Shown here: positions 9,442-20,174 of the stretch, piece after piece | Position numbering within the stretch: the first letter of the stretch is position 1 | Layout: the number at the start of each line of letters is the position of its first letter | Position numbers and translations under genes: made by a program | Assembly (NCBI GenBank): GCA_022763185.1 | Contig: JALEGL010000008.1 | Coordinates: 67,012-131,011, forward strand | Direction of reading: 5' to 3' | Origin: a bacterium | GTDB taxonomy: Bacteria; Bdellovibrionota_G; JALEGL01 | Length of the DNA: 64,000 nt | Notes under the pieces: model-generated | Told to the model about the DNA's origin: nothing | What the model saw: the letters and a program-made list of their open reading frames with translations, nothing else | Database searches by the model: none

Positions 9442-10038
9442 TTAGCTGCTGGCTAACTGACAGTTTGAATCCTCTAAGGTATCTACCAGCCTCTGTATAG
9501 CTCTGAAAAAGCGATTATAATTTTCAATCGCGTAACTAGATGTTGAGAAAACTTTATCATCATACAGCACCTCCCAATTTTGCAGCGTTTTAACAATTGT
9601 TTGTTGATATTCAGGTGCACAAGAAACAATGATTTTACTGTCTGAAAACACGGGCATGTACTTGTTTATATAAGCATACTGCTTTGGATCTTCATAGTAC
9701 ATAAGAACATCATCGACTTTCTCATAAATTATACCATCCTCTAGTATATAATTAGACTCATAGTTATTGATATAAACAGATAAATGATGGTGATGTTGTT
9801 CATGTTCAAATACTTTGTTACCCATCGAAAAAGTTAACTGATAATTAACAACAACCAAAAACTCTTTGCCTGTATGCATATCCAATTCAAATTGCATTTC
9901 AGGATTGCTCTCAATAAGAACATAACGATTATTTTGTAACGCTTGATAAATCTTATCAAAAAACTCCAACCCTTGTGCATGAGCAAAAGTAGTGTGTGCA
10001 AAAAGCAATAGTAATATAAAATGTTTCCCCCGATACAT
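9442..10038 (-). CDS. Hypothetical secreted protein
   Basis: 198-aa ORF with Sec signal (FAHA|Q), HEQHHHH stretch, two Cys; no family recognised. Confidence 0.7.
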   Translation of the reverse strand: MYRGKHFILLLLFAHTTFAHAQGLEFFDKIYQALQNNRYVLIESNPEMQFELDMHTGKEFLVVVNYQLTFSMGNKVFEHEQHHHHLSVYINNYESNYILEDGIIYEKVDDVLMYYEDPKQYAYINKYMPVFSDSKIIVSCAPEYQQTIVKTLQNWEVLYDDKVFSTSSYAIENYNRFFRAIQRLVDTLEDSNCQLASS

Positions 10039-10083
10039 TCCTTATCTATAGCGGATATGAAGGTGGAAATGCAAGCATAATAT

Positions 10084-11670
10084 TCAGGGTGAAGTTTCTA
10101 AAACTTCAACCAACTCTTTACCAAACTGTCTAATTTTATAGCTGCCTAAACCATGTACAGCTTTTAAATCTGTTTTGGATTGTGGGTTTTTCATGGCCAA
10201 GTCATGCAAGGTTTTATTGCTAAAAACCATAAAAGCTGGAATATCTTTTTGCTTGGCGTAATCATAGCGCCATTGTTTGAGATGTTTCATGCGCAAAAGT
10301 TCAGTATTGTCCAAGGGGCGGTTGTCTACTGGGATGACTTTTTTTTTGCTGGATGCTTTTTTCTTTTTTGCTTTTGCGCCAGTTGGAGTTGCTTTTTTCC
10401 GGAGTTTGGTTTTTGGCATTGTTGGTGACAACACAACTTTACGATTAGAATCGGGTGAACAGCTGTCACAATGGCCACAGTTTTCAATTCTCTGAGTATC
10501 TTTGAAATAGGTTAAAATTTCACTGTGACGGCATTCAGCACCTTCAGCATAATTGATCATGGCATCGAGGGCATTCCATTTGTTTTGGATGATTTTTTGG
10601 TTGGCTTTGCTTTGGCGGATGAAAAAGCTTTGTAAGCCATAGTCTTTTTTAGAATACAAGAGTATGCAGGTAGCATTTTGACCATCTCTGCCGGCTCTAC
10701 CTATTTCTTGGTAATAAGATTCAATATTGGCAGGCATTTGATAGTGAATGATTTTTCTAACATTGGGCGTATCGACACCCATACCAAAAGCATTGGTGGC
10801 AATGAGCACTCTGATTTGTCCAGATTCATAGCGGTTTTGAACATCATCTCTTTGATCTGCACTTAAACCCGCATGGTAGTAAGCAATTTTGCTAAACTGA
10901 CTAAAAAAGTGATCAAATAAACTTTCACATTGCTTGCGTGTTCCAGCGTATATGATGATTCGATGATCAGGGTCTTTACTTAAAGCTTGATGAATAAAGT
11001 CATACTTTAAATTTTCATTGCTGCAGTATTCAACTTGATAGAATAAATTAGGTCGATAAAAACCATAAATGTGTTTTTGAGGTTTTTTTAGTCTAAGCTG
11101 CTCTGAAATATCATCAAGAACCATGGGAGTCGCGGTTGCGGTGGTGGCTAAAACAGGAACATTTGGGTGAACTGTTCTTAAGTCATGCAAACGAGCATAA
11201 TCTTCTCTAAAATCATGTCCCCACTGTGATACGCAGTGGGCTTCATCAACAGCAAAAAGCTTGGGATCTTGCTCTTGCAACCAATTCATAAAGTTTTCAT
11301 TTTGTATACGCTCTGGAGAAACATAGAGAAGATAGCTTTCATTACGTGCGGTATGATAGGCAATATTCTGAAAAATCATTCGTCGTTGAGCAGCTGTTTG
11401 AGCAGAGTGAAAAAAGCCAGCGGGAATATTTTTTGAGTTTAAAAATGAAACTTGGTCACGCATGAGGGAAATCAGCGGCGAAATCACTAAAGTTAAGCCC
11501 TTAAATTGCAAGGCTGGAACTTGATAACAAATAGACTTACCTCCACCAGTGGGCATAACCGCCAAGGTATCTTGGCCAGATAAAATTGAGTCTATGATGG
11601 CTTCTTGACCTTTTCTAAAATCATCAAAACCAAATTGAGTATTTAAAATGTTTTGTGCATCATCCAGCAT
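10084..11670 (-). CDS. recQ: RecQ family DNA helicase with HRDC domain
   Basis: MPTGGGKSICYQ, DEAHCVSQWGHDFR, TATAT, ATNAFGMGVD, YYQEIGRAGRDG, Zn domain CRH...CGHCDSC, HRDC (LKQWR...PAFMVFSNKTL). Confidence 0.95.
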   Translation of the reverse strand: MLDDAQNILNTQFGFDDFRKGQEAIIDSILSGQDTLAVMPTGGGKSICYQVPALQFKGLTLVISPLISLMRDQVSFLNSKNIPAGFFHSAQTAAQRRMIFQNIAYHTARNESYLLYVSPERIQNENFMNWLQEQDPKLFAVDEAHCVSQWGHDFREDYARLHDLRTVHPNVPVLATTATATPMVLDDISEQLRLKKPQKHIYGFYRPNLFYQVEYCSNENLKYDFIHQALSKDPDHRIIIYAGTRKQCESLFDHFFSQFSKIAYYHAGLSADQRDDVQNRYESGQIRVLIATNAFGMGVDTPNVRKIIHYQMPANIESYYQEIGRAGRDGQNATCILLYSKKDYGLQSFFIRQSKANQKIIQNKWNALDAMINYAEGAECRHSEILTYFKDTQRIENCGHCDSCSPDSNRKVVLSPTMPKTKLRKKATPTGAKAKKKKASSKKKVIPVDNRPLDNTELLRMKHLKQWRYDYAKQKDIPAFMVFSNKTLHDLAMKNPQSKTDLKAVHGLGSYKIRQFGKELVEVLETSP

Positions 11671-11751
11671 GAAGACTCATGATATACCTATAAACTTGAT
11701 TTTTGCACACAAATTGTTGTGCTTTAGATAATTATTGCGTAAGTTGAGTGT

Positions 11752-12078
11752 ATGAATGATTTAAATATTGAAACATTAAAAGAGGGCACAGGTGCAGAAG
11801 TTGAATCTGGTGCTAGGGTTAAAGTACATTATACCGGTTGGTTAACCGATGGCACAAAGTTTGATTCGTCTGTGGACCGTGGAGAGCCATTTGAGTTTGC
11901 TTTAGGTGCGGGTCAAGTTATTGAAGGCTGGGATAGAGGTGTTATGGGCATGAAGCAAGGAGAAAAACGTAAGTTAACCATTGCTTCAAGTATGGCCTAT
12001 GGTGAGCACGGTGCTGGTGGCGTTATTCCTCCCAATGCTACCTTGGTTTTTGAGGTAGAGCTTCTAGACTTTAAATAA
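11752..12078 (+). CDS. FKBP-type peptidyl-prolyl cis-trans isomerase
   Basis: [41 protein letters not shown]. Confidence 0.97.
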   Translation: MNDLNIETLKEGTGAEVESGARVKVHYTGWLTDGTKFDSSVDRGEPFEFALGAGQVIEGWDRGVMGMKQGEKRKLTIASSMAYGEHGAGGVIPPNATLVFEVELLDFK

Positions 12079-12118
12079 CTGTACAATCTTTAAGTTTAAG
12101 AATTGTGCCAGCTGTTCC

Positions 12119-12188
12119 GATTATTTTTATGAGAAGTGAAGGCCTTGAGGGCGCTAGCCCGATCAGCCGAACCTTCATAAAAATAATC
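12119..12188. repeat. Long imperfect palindrome (REP/MITE-like or structured-RNA-like element)
   Basis: Perfect 14-bp terminal arms GATTATTTTTATGA (12119-12132) / TCATAAAAATAATC (12175-12188) enclosing a GC-rich core GGC..GGGC-GCTA-GCCC..GCC. Confidence 0.65.
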
Positions 12189-12224
12189 TGCAGTAACTTG
12201 AGGTCAATAGATATTTGATAAGTA

Positions 12225-12512
12225 ATGGAAAACAATAATATTCATGTTGAGCTGGATGAGGATAGCCCCAAACCAGTTTTAATCCCTAAAGACAAAATTC
12301 CTAAAGATACTTTGATGGCTTTAATTGAAGCCTTTGTCCTGCGTGAAGGTACAGATTATGGAACAATTGAGTATTCTTTAGAAGAAAAACAAAAACATGT
12401 TCTAAAGCTAATTGAATCGGGAGATGTTGTTGTAACGTTTGATTTTGTTACTGAAAGCCCAAGTTTGATGACATTTTCAACGTATAAAGAGCTCACACAA
12501 GTTAGACAGTGA
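12225..12512 (+). CDS. yheU: YheU (UPF0270) family protein
   Basis: IP...DTLMALIEAFVLREGTDYG..EYSLEEK signature. Confidence 0.9.
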   Translation: MENNNIHVELDEDSPKPVLIPKDKIPKDTLMALIEAFVLREGTDYGTIEYSLEEKQKHVLKLIESGDVVVTFDFVTESPSLMTFSTYKELTQVRQ

Positions 12513-12654
12513 AATATATCAAGATGGTGAGTAAAGCTAACTGAATAAGCTTATCCAACATCTATTTACAATAGGAGTATATTCTTTCTCTTTTTATTTT
12601 ATAAGAAAGTCTAAGTGCTTAAAAGACTCTACTGTATTGCAAAAAAAATAAGCC

Positions 12655-12855
12655 TTACGACGAACTAAGAATTTGTTGCTTTAATTCTTCAACTTCTTTG
12701 GGAGCACAGGCTTCGCAGATGGTTCTTCCGTCATCGGTTTTAAATTTGTTGAGTCCGCCGCAAGTGCCTTTGATGGCTTTGCCTTGCAGTAAGCCCAGGG
12801 ACATCAGCACAAAAAACAAAGCAAAAAAAGCAATACTGATTAAAACGTAAGTCAT
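12655..12855 (-). CDS. nqrM: Na+-NQR maturation factor NqrM
   Basis: N-terminal TM helix, IKGTCGGL...CEAC motif, position after apbE. Confidence 0.88.
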   Translation of the reverse strand: MTYVLISIAFFALFFVLMSLGLLQGKAIKGTCGGLNKFKTDDGRTICEACAPKEVEELKQQILSSS

Positions 12856-12866
12856 GTTGTGTTCTC

Positions 12867-13916
12867 TTATCTAGTTTTCTTTTCTAATTCCAGTAAATAA
12901 TTGCTGGTATAAGCCATAAGTTGTCCAGAATCCTTTTCTACAATAAATAAGGCAGCCAAGCCCAGGTTGTTAGCCAGTTTAAAGGCTTGTGGATGCCCCA
13001 TTGCCAGTAAGCCTGTAGCGTAGGCATCAGCATCCATACAGTTTTTGTGTAAAACCGTGACTGAACGAGTTTTGTGTTGGCTGGGGTATCCCGTACTTGG
13101 AATCAAGGTATGGTTGTATTTTTTACCCTGATGCATAAAAAAATTGCGATAGTCGCCTGATGTTGCCATGGCCATGTCTGTTAAATTTAAAGTTTTAAAA
13201 ATGGTTCTTTTACTGGTTTCCTTCATTTGAGGCTTTTCAATGGCCACTTTCCAAGCTTGTTTTTTTGCATCTCTAAAGCCTTTTACGCTTAACTCTCCAC
13301 CTATTTCAACATAATGGTGCTGATGTCCCATAGACAGCAATAATGAACTGATTTCATCAACCGCGTAACCTTTGGCGATGGCTGAGTAGTCTAGCTGAAT
13401 AGAGCTTGATTTTTTCTTGATTTGATAAACAATGTTTTGCGCAAGCTCTATTTTATCCATGCCTATATAAGGCAAGAGCACATCAATTTCACTTTGTTTT
13501 GGGACCCCAACACTTTCAGTATAGCCAAATCCCCACAGATTAATAAGAGGACCAAGTGTAGGGTCAAAATAATAATCCGTTAAAATGGCCACTTCTTGAG
13601 CTTTTTGGCTCACTAAAAACATGTCTTTGCTGATATTCATCCAGGTGTTGGCTTTAAAATTGTTAAATCGAGAGATTTCAGAATCTTTAATATAGGTAGA
13701 TAAACTTTGGTTGATAGCGTTTAATTTTTGATCTATTGCACTTTGAATTTTTGAGGGATCGATTTTGATATTTTCTTGTTTAGGAAGAGTGATGGTGTAA
13801 GTTGTGCCCATGGTTTTCCCATTGATTTTGATGTGCACAATTTTTTTTTCGCAGGAGGAGAGGGTAAGGAGAAATGAAAAAACAAAAAGTAATTTGAGTA
13901 AGCTGTGATTTTTCAT
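12867..13916 (-). CDS. apbE: FAD:protein FMN transferase ApbE (lipoprotein)
   Basis: Lipobox LSSC, GKTMGTTY, DPTLGPLINLWGFG, SAIAKGYAVD, EIGGE, ATSGDYRNF, ADAYATG. Confidence 0.95.
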   Translation of the reverse strand: MKNHSLLKLLFVFSFLLTLSSCEKKIVHIKINGKTMGTTYTITLPKQENIKIDPSKIQSAIDQKLNAINQSLSTYIKDSEISRFNNFKANTWMNISKDMFLVSQKAQEVAILTDYYFDPTLGPLINLWGFGYTESVGVPKQSEIDVLLPYIGMDKIELAQNIVYQIKKKSSSIQLDYSAIAKGYAVDEISSLLLSMGHQHHYVEIGGELSVKGFRDAKKQAWKVAIEKPQMKETSKRTIFKTLNLTDMAMATSGDYRNFFMHQGKKYNHTLIPSTGYPSQHKTRSVTVLHKNCMDADAYATGLLAMGHPQAFKLANNLGLAALFIVEKDSGQLMAYTSNYLLELEKKTR

Positions 13917-13967
13917 AGGATTGTCTCGTCGTTTTTATGTATTCAGTAAGTATTGTCCTCACTTAAC

Positions 13968-13996
13968 AAAAAAGGAGCGTATAAAGCTCCTTTTTT
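13968..13996 (-). terminator. Terminator-like hairpin immediately after nqrF
   Basis: AAAAAAGGAGC-gtataaa-GCTCCTTTTTT; T tract on both strands. Confidence 0.75.
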
Positions 13997-13997
13997 A

Positions 13998-15224
13998 TTA
14001 ACCGCCAAAGTCGTCAAATAGAATGTTTTCTGGTTCAACGCCTAGGTCTTCAAGTAATTTAAAGACAGCCGCATTCATCATAGGCGGACCACAAATGTAA
14101 TACTCACAATCTTCTGGAGCTTCGTGATCTTTTAGATAGTTTTCATACAAGACATTGTGGATGAAGCCTGTATAACCAGTCCAGTTATCTTCTGGTAAAG
14201 GCTCAGACAGAGCAACATTCCAGGTAAAATTATCATTGTCTTTAGCAATACTGTCAAAGTCTTCTACATAAAACATTTCACGTTTGCTTCTTGCACCATA
14301 CCAAAAACTTACTTTTCTATCTGTATGAATACGTCTAAATTGATCAAAGATATGAGAGCGCATCGGGGCCATACCTGCCCCACCACCAATAAAAATCATT
14401 TCGGCTTTGGTATCTTTGGCAAAGAATTCACCGTAAGGTCCAGAAATAGTCACTTCATCACCAGGTTTTAGATTGAATATGTATGAGGATGCAATACCAG
14501 GAGGTGCGTCAGGCGCTTGTCTTGGAGGCGTTGCTATTCTCACGTTGAGCATAATAATGCCTTTTTCTTCAGGGTAATTGGCCATAGAATAAGCTCTCAC
14601 CACTTCTTCTGAGGGGTTTGAGCGATATTGCCATAGATTAAATTTATCCCAATCTTCTTTGTATTCATCTTCAACAATGAAACTATCAAATTTAATATCA
14701 TGTTCTGGGATATCAATTTGAATATAGCCACCCGCTTTAAAATTGACATCTTCACCCTCTGGCAACTCTAAAACCAGTTCTTTGATGAATGTAGCAACGT
14801 TATGATTGGATCTAACTTTACATTTCCACTTTTTAACGGAGAAAATTTCATCTGGGACTTCAATTTTCATGTCCTGTTTTACTGCAACTTGGCAAGAGAG
14901 CCTGACACCTTCAGCAGCTTCTGATCTATTAATTTGGGTACGCTCAGTAGGTAAGATATCTCCACCACCTTCTAAAACCTTGACCGTACACTGACCACAG
15001 GTGCCGCCGCCACCGCAAGCAGAAGAAACAAATAATTTTTTGTCCGCAAGTACGTTAAGGAGTTTGCCTCCTGCATTGGCTTGAATTGGGTTGTCTGTAT
15101 CACCATTGACAATAATATTGACTTTGCCTGAACTGACCAGTTTTGCTCGTGCAGCCAATATACCTGCAACTAAAACTAGAACAATAAGGGTAAAAAATAG
15201 TACACCTAAGATAATTTCTAACAT
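13998..15224 (-). CDS. nqrF: Na+-translocating NADH:quinone oxidoreductase subunit F
   Basis: 2Fe-2S motif [12 protein letters not shown]...[32 protein letters not shown]-terminal DDFGG. Confidence 0.98.
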   Translation of the reverse strand: MLEIILGVLFFTLIVLVLVAGILAARAKLVSSGKVNIIVNGDTDNPIQANAGGKLLNVLADKKLFVSSACGGGGTCGQCTVKVLEGGGDILPTERTQINRSEAAEGVRLSCQVAVKQDMKIEVPDEIFSVKKWKCKVRSNHNVATFIKELVLELPEGEDVNFKAGGYIQIDIPEHDIKFDSFIVEDEYKEDWDKFNLWQYRSNPSEEVVRAYSMANYPEEKGIIMLNVRIATPPRQAPDAPPGIASSYIFNLKPGDEVTISGPYGEFFAKDTKAEMIFIGGGAGMAPMRSHIFDQFRRIHTDRKVSFWYGARSKREMFYVEDFDSIAKDNDNFTWNVALSEPLPEDNWTGYTGFIHNVLYENYLKDHEAPEDCEYYICGPPMMNAAVFKLLEDLGVEPENILFDDFGG

Positions 15225-15243
15225 TGTTTATTGCCTCTTATCT

Positions 15244-15852
15244 TTATAGTTGAATTCCACCAAAAGCCATAAATGCCAATGACATTAAGCCTACGGTAAT
15301 AAATGTTATGCCTAATCCTTTAAGTCCATCAGGGACATCGCTGTATCTGAGTTTTTCACGAATTCCTGCCAAAGCCACAATAGCTAAGCCCCAACCAATG
15401 CCTGAACCTAAACCATAGGTTATACTTTCAGCAAAGTTGTAGTCTCGTTCAACCATGAACAAAGAGCCGCCCAAAATAGCGCAGTTTACAGTAATCAAAG
15501 GCAAGAAAATACCCAAAGCATTGTACAAAGCAGGAAAGAACTTATCCAAAGTCATTTCTAAAACCTGAACGACGGCAGCAATAACTCCAATGTAAGTGAT
15601 TAAACCTAAAAAGCTTAGGTTAACGCCCTCAATACCAAAGCGTTCCAAAGCACCTTCTTTGATAATGAATTGATATAAGACATTGTTGATTGGAACGGTT
15701 AAAGTCTGAACAATAACCACCGCAATCCCTAAACCAAAAGCTGTATCTACTTTTTTAGAAACCGCCAAAAAAGTACACATGCCCAAGAAAAAGGCAAGCG
15801 CCAGGTTTTCTACGAAAATGGCTTTAAACAGTAAACTTAAATAATGTTCCAT
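15244..15852 (-). CDS. nqrE: Na+-NQR subunit E
   Basis: [47 protein letters not shown]. Confidence 0.98.
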   Translation of the reverse strand: MEHYLSLLFKAIFVENLALAFFLGMCTFLAVSKKVDTAFGLGIAVVIVQTLTVPINNVLYQFIIKEGALERFGIEGVNLSFLGLITYIGVIAAVVQVLEMTLDKFFPALYNALGIFLPLITVNCAILGGSLFMVERDYNFAESITYGLGSGIGWGLAIVALAGIREKLRYSDVPDGLKGLGITFITVGLMSLAFMAFGGIQL

Positions 15853-15854
15853 GA

Positions 15855-16487
15855 TTATTCATCCCTTTCAACTTGTTCGGTTTTAAAAGTTCTTAAAACC
15901 CAAATAAAAATACCAATAATAAAAAATGCACTTGGAGAGAGTAACATCAAGCCATTGGTCTGATACCATCCGCCTTCAGAAGCTAGAGGTAACACTTTAT
16001 AGCCCAATATAGCACCTGAACCGAGCAGTTCTCTGAAGAACCCTACAAAAAGTAATACAATGCTGTAACCCAAGCCGTTACCAATACCATCTAAAAAGCT
16101 TGGAAGCACAGGGTTCTTCATAGCAAATGCTTCAGCTCTACCCATCACAATACAGTTGGTGATGATTAATCCAACAAAGACTGACATCTGTTTGCTTACT
16201 TCATAAGCATAAGCTTTTAAAAACTGATCCACCAAAATCACAAAGGATGCAATAATGGTCATCTGAACAATAATACGAATATTGCTCGGGATATGGTTTC
16301 TAATTAAACTGACACTGGCATTGGAAAAGGCAACAACAAAAGTCACAGCCAAACACATGGTGATGGTTGTAGAAAGCTTGGTTGTAACCGCTAGAGCAGA
16401 GCATATCCCCAGAATTTGCAGTGCAATAGGATTGTTATTAAAGAGTGGGTCTAGAACTATTTTTTTAACATTTGTCTTAGTTGACAT
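15855..16487 (-). CDS. nqrD: Na+-NQR subunit D
   Basis: [39 protein letters not shown]. Confidence 0.98.
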   Translation of the reverse strand: MSTKTNVKKIVLDPLFNNNPIALQILGICSALAVTTKLSTTITMCLAVTFVVAFSNASVSLIRNHIPSNIRIIVQMTIIASFVILVDQFLKAYAYEVSKQMSVFVGLIITNCIVMGRAEAFAMKNPVLPSFLDGIGNGLGYSIVLLFVGFFRELLGSGAILGYKVLPLASEGGWYQTNGLMLLSPSAFFIIGIFIWVLRTFKTEQVERDE

Positions 16488-17313
16488 CTGTTGCTCCTTG
16501 CTCTGAAGTTGTTTTGTTGTTTTGACTTAATGATGGGTTATTAAATTTTTTCAGGTCTAAGTTTTTTAATAATGGGCCGTAAGCTTCTTCACCGAACCAA
16601 TACTTTAACATATTGCTTACACCTCTGGATGTTATTGTTGCTCCAGACAGTCCATCCACTTTATAGTCAGCATTGCTCGTACTGCTTTCAACCTGGCCTT
16701 TTATAACTTCAATAGCAGGTTTGCCGTTTTCATTATAAATCACTTTACCTTGCCACTTGGCTTGCCATTGAGGGTTATCTACCTCACCACCTAAACCAGG
16801 TGTTTCTTGATGTTCATAAAATGAAATACCTTTAACGGTGTTAAGATCTGTATCCAATGAGATAAAACCATAAAGGGTAGACCATAGTCCTTTACCATGA
16901 ATAGGTAAAATGATTTGTTTTATGGCTCCTTCCTGTTTGACAAAATAAATTAAACCTTTATTCGCTCTGGTTTTAATGTTGGCGTAATCTTGTTCAATTT
17001 TAGTTGAACGCTCAGGGTCTTTGGCGGCTTTTCTTTGATCGTAAGCTTCAGGAATCTCTGTATTTAACTTTTGATCTTCAAAGTTATACAGCAAAGGCTC
17101 TATTGAATTATCAAAAACAGAGTTAATGATTTCGGCATTTGCCGATTTATCGATAAGACCAGCAGTGACCAAAATATTTTTCTTTTTGTCCAGTGCTTTG
17201 TTGCGTTCTTGCTTATCTCTTAACAAAACCGCAGCACCGGACACTAAAATAGAACAAACAATACACAACGTTAATGAAACAATAAGTGTTTTTTTGATTG
17301 AATCGTTATTCAT
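16477..17313 (-). CDS. nqrC: Na+-NQR subunit C (start reassigned to MNNDSIKK, overlapping the nqrB stop)
   Basis: N-terminal TM with [25 protein letters not shown]-attachment [11 protein letters not shown]. Confidence 0.96.
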   Translation of the reverse strand: MNNDSIKKTLIVSLTLCIVCSILVSGAAVLLRDKQERNKALDKKKNILVTAGLIDKSANAEIINSVFDNSIEPLLYNFEDQKLNTEIPEAYDQRKAAKDPERSTKIEQDYANIKTRANKGLIYFVKQEGAIKQIILPIHGKGLWSTLYGFISLDTDLNTVKGISFYEHQETPGLGGEVDNPQWQAKWQGKVIYNENGKPAIEVIKGQVESSTSNADYKVDGLSGATITSRGVSNMLKYWFGEEAYGPLLKNLDLKKFNNPSLSQNNKTTSEQGATDVN

Positions 17314-18563
17314 GCGGCACTCCTTTTTGAGTTTGCTTCCAGTGCACCCCAAAGTTTTTGCGTTCTTTTTTTGCGTAATTTAATGTTTTTAGAAATCACA
17401 ATATAGTCCATCACTGGAGCAAAAACATTGGCAAATAAAATAGCCAACATCACACCTTCTGGAAATGCTGGGTTAATGACTCTTATAAGAATGGTCATAA
17501 AACCAATGAGAAAACCATAAGCCCATTTGGCAGATTTATTCATGGGCGCAGACACAGGATCTGTTGTCATGAATACGGTTGCAAATGCAAAGCCGCCAAT
17601 AACCAAATGCCAGTGAGGAGGTACAGAAAACATAGGGTTGCTTTCACTTCCTATGCCATACAGCAAAGCAGAAAAACTCAGTAAACCAATGACGGTTGAT
17701 AACATGATGCGCCAAGAGCCAACACCCGTAAAAATAAGAACCGCGGCACCAAATAAGACGGCAACAACAGATGTTTCTCCCATGGAACCTTGGATAAGTC
17801 CTAAAAATGAATTCATCCAGCTGACGCTTTCATGAATAGCATCAAAGCCGCCAATTGCGCCTAAGCCTAAAGCAGTGGCTCCAGAAAAACCGTCAACAGC
17901 AGTCCATACTGCATCACCACTGATTTGAGCAGGATAAGCAAAGTATAAAAAAGCTCTACCGGTTAATGCAGGGTTTAAAAAATTCTTACCTGTACCACCA
18001 AAAACTTCTTTACCTATGATAACAGCAAAGATAATCCCTACTGCAGCTTGCCAAAGGGGGATGGTAGCTGGAAGCGTTAAAGGGTATAGCAGTCCGGTAA
18101 CCAAAAAGCCCTCATTGATCTCATGTTTTCTAACAATAGAAAAAGCTGCTTCACATAAACCACCGGCCAAGTTGCTCACTAAAAATATGGGTGCAAAATA
18201 CAGTAAACCATGCACAAAACAATGAACAATATTTGCCGGATCATAGCCTAAACCCAAAAATGAAAGAACAGAGCCGCGCCAATCACTTTTTACTGCCAGA
18301 CCCATGGCTTCCATGGCCAAGTTGGCCTGTAAGCCAGTGTTATAACAAGCAAACAATATACAAGGCATTAAGGCTAAGCCAACAGTCCCCATAACTCGCT
18401 TAAGGTCCATGGCATCTCTGACTTGTACGCTGCCTTGTGTCGTTTCTCCAGGAGTATACAAGAAAGTGTCAATGGCTTCATAAAGAGGGTAAAGTTTTTC
18501 TAATTTCCCGCCTTTATGAAAGTGGGTACCAATTTTATCTAAACTGTTGCGTAAAAGTTTCAT
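17310..18563 (-). CDS. nqrB: Na+-NQR subunit B
   Basis: [38 protein letters not shown] site [26 protein letters not shown]. Confidence 0.98.
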   Translation of the reverse strand: MKLLRNSLDKIGTHFHKGGKLEKLYPLYEAIDTFLYTPGETTQGSVQVRDAMDLKRVMGTVGLALMPCILFACYNTGLQANLAMEAMGLAVKSDWRGSVLSFLGLGYDPANIVHCFVHGLLYFAPIFLVSNLAGGLCEAAFSIVRKHEINEGFLVTGLLYPLTLPATIPLWQAAVGIIFAVIIGKEVFGGTGKNFLNPALTGRAFLYFAYPAQISGDAVWTAVDGFSGATALGLGAIGGFDAIHESVSWMNSFLGLIQGSMGETSVVAVLFGAAVLIFTGVGSWRIMLSTVIGLLSFSALLYGIGSESNPMFSVPPHWHLVIGGFAFATVFMTTDPVSAPMNKSAKWAYGFLIGFMTILIRVINPAFPEGVMLAILFANVFAPVMDYIVISKNIKLRKKRTQKLWGALEANSKRSAA

Positions 18564-19924
18564 TATAAACCTTTCTCCAAATCTGTAAGAATGTTTCTTA
18601 ACATTGGGCCGTAATCTTTTTTACCAGAACAGGCAAAAGTGCATAAGGCAAGGTCTTCTTCATCTAGCTCAATGCAACCTAGCTGCTCTGCATTTTCTAT
18701 ATCATGCATGCACAAAGCTTTTAACAATGGTACGGGTAAAATATGAAGAGGAAATACACTTTCAAATGCACCGGTAGGAACAATGGCGCGTGGGCTACCA
18801 TGTGTAGAATTGCTAAAAGGAAGTTTAATGAAAGGAATCATTTTTGATAAAAACAAGTTTTTAACTGAGAACTTGTCAAAACCTGGGCCTTGCCAACCCA
18901 AAAGTTCTCTTTCGGTATCATCTTTTAAGGCAGTGATTTGTAAGTGAAAACGTCCCAAGTAATTAAAAATTTCATCCTGATTTCTTCCAGAAAAAACCGA
19001 GCCTGAACGAACACTTGCTTCTGAAATGTCTTTTATACTGCCATCTATGGTTTGAAGAATATTAGCACCCAAGCTTACCAAAGCCAACTTAGGCACTTTA
19101 AATTCAGAGCCGGCAATGCTAATCACTCTTTGTGTCCATAGTTTTCCTGTTGCAAGCAGTTTGCCTAAAGCAATAAGGTCTTGGTAGCCAATATGCCAAA
19201 CTTCATGGTTTTTATCGGCAGGAGCCAAAAAGTGAATATGCGTGCCTACAAGCCCAGATGGGTGAGGGCCTTCAAAACAAACGGTTTCGCAATTGTCTGG
19301 TATGTTGTTGTATTGAACATGTTGATTGGATACACAGAAAAAGGTTTTAGGAGCTAAAAGGCTAATAGCTTTTAAACCCAAGTCAAAATCTTTTTGAAAC
19401 TTGGCAATGATTTTATTGGGGTAAGGCGCAAAGGGATTTGTGTCTGTGGCTGTGATGAATAAAGCTTTGGGTTTTGCGTTAACTTGAGGTGTTTTGGAGT
19501 AAGGTCTTGTTCGCAAAGCTGTCCAAAGTCCGGACTCTTGCATTAATTTTTGAACATCGTTTTTTGAAAAATCACCGTTTGCAAAGTTATTGTTATAAGT
19601 ACTAAAATCTACGTGATTTTGCTCTGAACTTTTTTCAATAACCATAGATTGGAATACACGTTTGTCTCCACGATTAATAGATTTAACAGTGCCCGCAACT
19701 GGACTGGTAAACACAACACCAGGATTTTTTTTGTCTTCAAAAACGGCCTGGCCAATGTTAACGGTATCACCTACTTTGGTAAGAATTGTAGGCTTCATGC
19801 CATTGTAGTCAGGGCCCAAAATAGCAACGTCTTTTGCCTGAGCGCTAAGGTCGTGGATTTCATTTGAAACAACTTCACCAGTAATGGGAAGTGTAATACC
19901 TTTTGAGATCTTGATTGTTTTCAC
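18563..19924 (-). CDS. nqrA: Na+-NQR subunit A
   Basis: [58 protein letters not shown] start with GAGGTAGG SD. Confidence 0.96.
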   Translation of the reverse strand: MKTIKISKGITLPITGEVVSNEIHDLSAQAKDVAILGPDYNGMKPTILTKVGDTVNIGQAVFEDKKNPGVVFTSPVAGTVKSINRGDKRVFQSMVIEKSSEQNHVDFSTYNNNFANGDFSKNDVQKLMQESGLWTALRTRPYSKTPQVNAKPKALFITATDTNPFAPYPNKIIAKFQKDFDLGLKAISLLAPKTFFCVSNQHVQYNNIPDNCETVCFEGPHPSGLVGTHIHFLAPADKNHEVWHIGYQDLIALGKLLATGKLWTQRVISIAGSEFKVPKLALVSLGANILQTIDGSIKDISEASVRSGSVFSGRNQDEIFNYLGRFHLQITALKDDTERELLGWQGPGFDKFSVKNLFLSKMIPFIKLPFSNSTHGSPRAIVPTGAFESVFPLHILPVPLLKALCMHDIENAEQLGCIELDEEDLALCTFACSGKKDYGPMLRNILTDLEKGL

Positions 19925-20174
19925 TGTGTATACCTACCTCGTAGTGTTAAGAGTTCTATCATGCACTCTTTTACATAATCTTGATGTAATTTCAGCGGTA
20001 AAAAACAACACTGGTCACCAAGTTATAATTCTGAGTCCCTTCTAATGGATTTATTTATTTTTTCAATATTATTTTAGTCATTTTAGGGTTTTTATTGTCG
20101 CAACACAGGAGGCCTAAGAGGGGCTTTAACTCTAGTAAAGATCAAGTTTATTGTTTAACCTCGAGATTTCTTTA

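Noticed and set aside
12082..12200. SRP RNA, 6S RNA or attC site as the identity of the intergenic hairpin
   Set aside because: Lacks the SRP helix-8 motif, is too short for 6S, and lacks RYYYAAC/GTTRRRY ends; kept only as an unassigned structured element.
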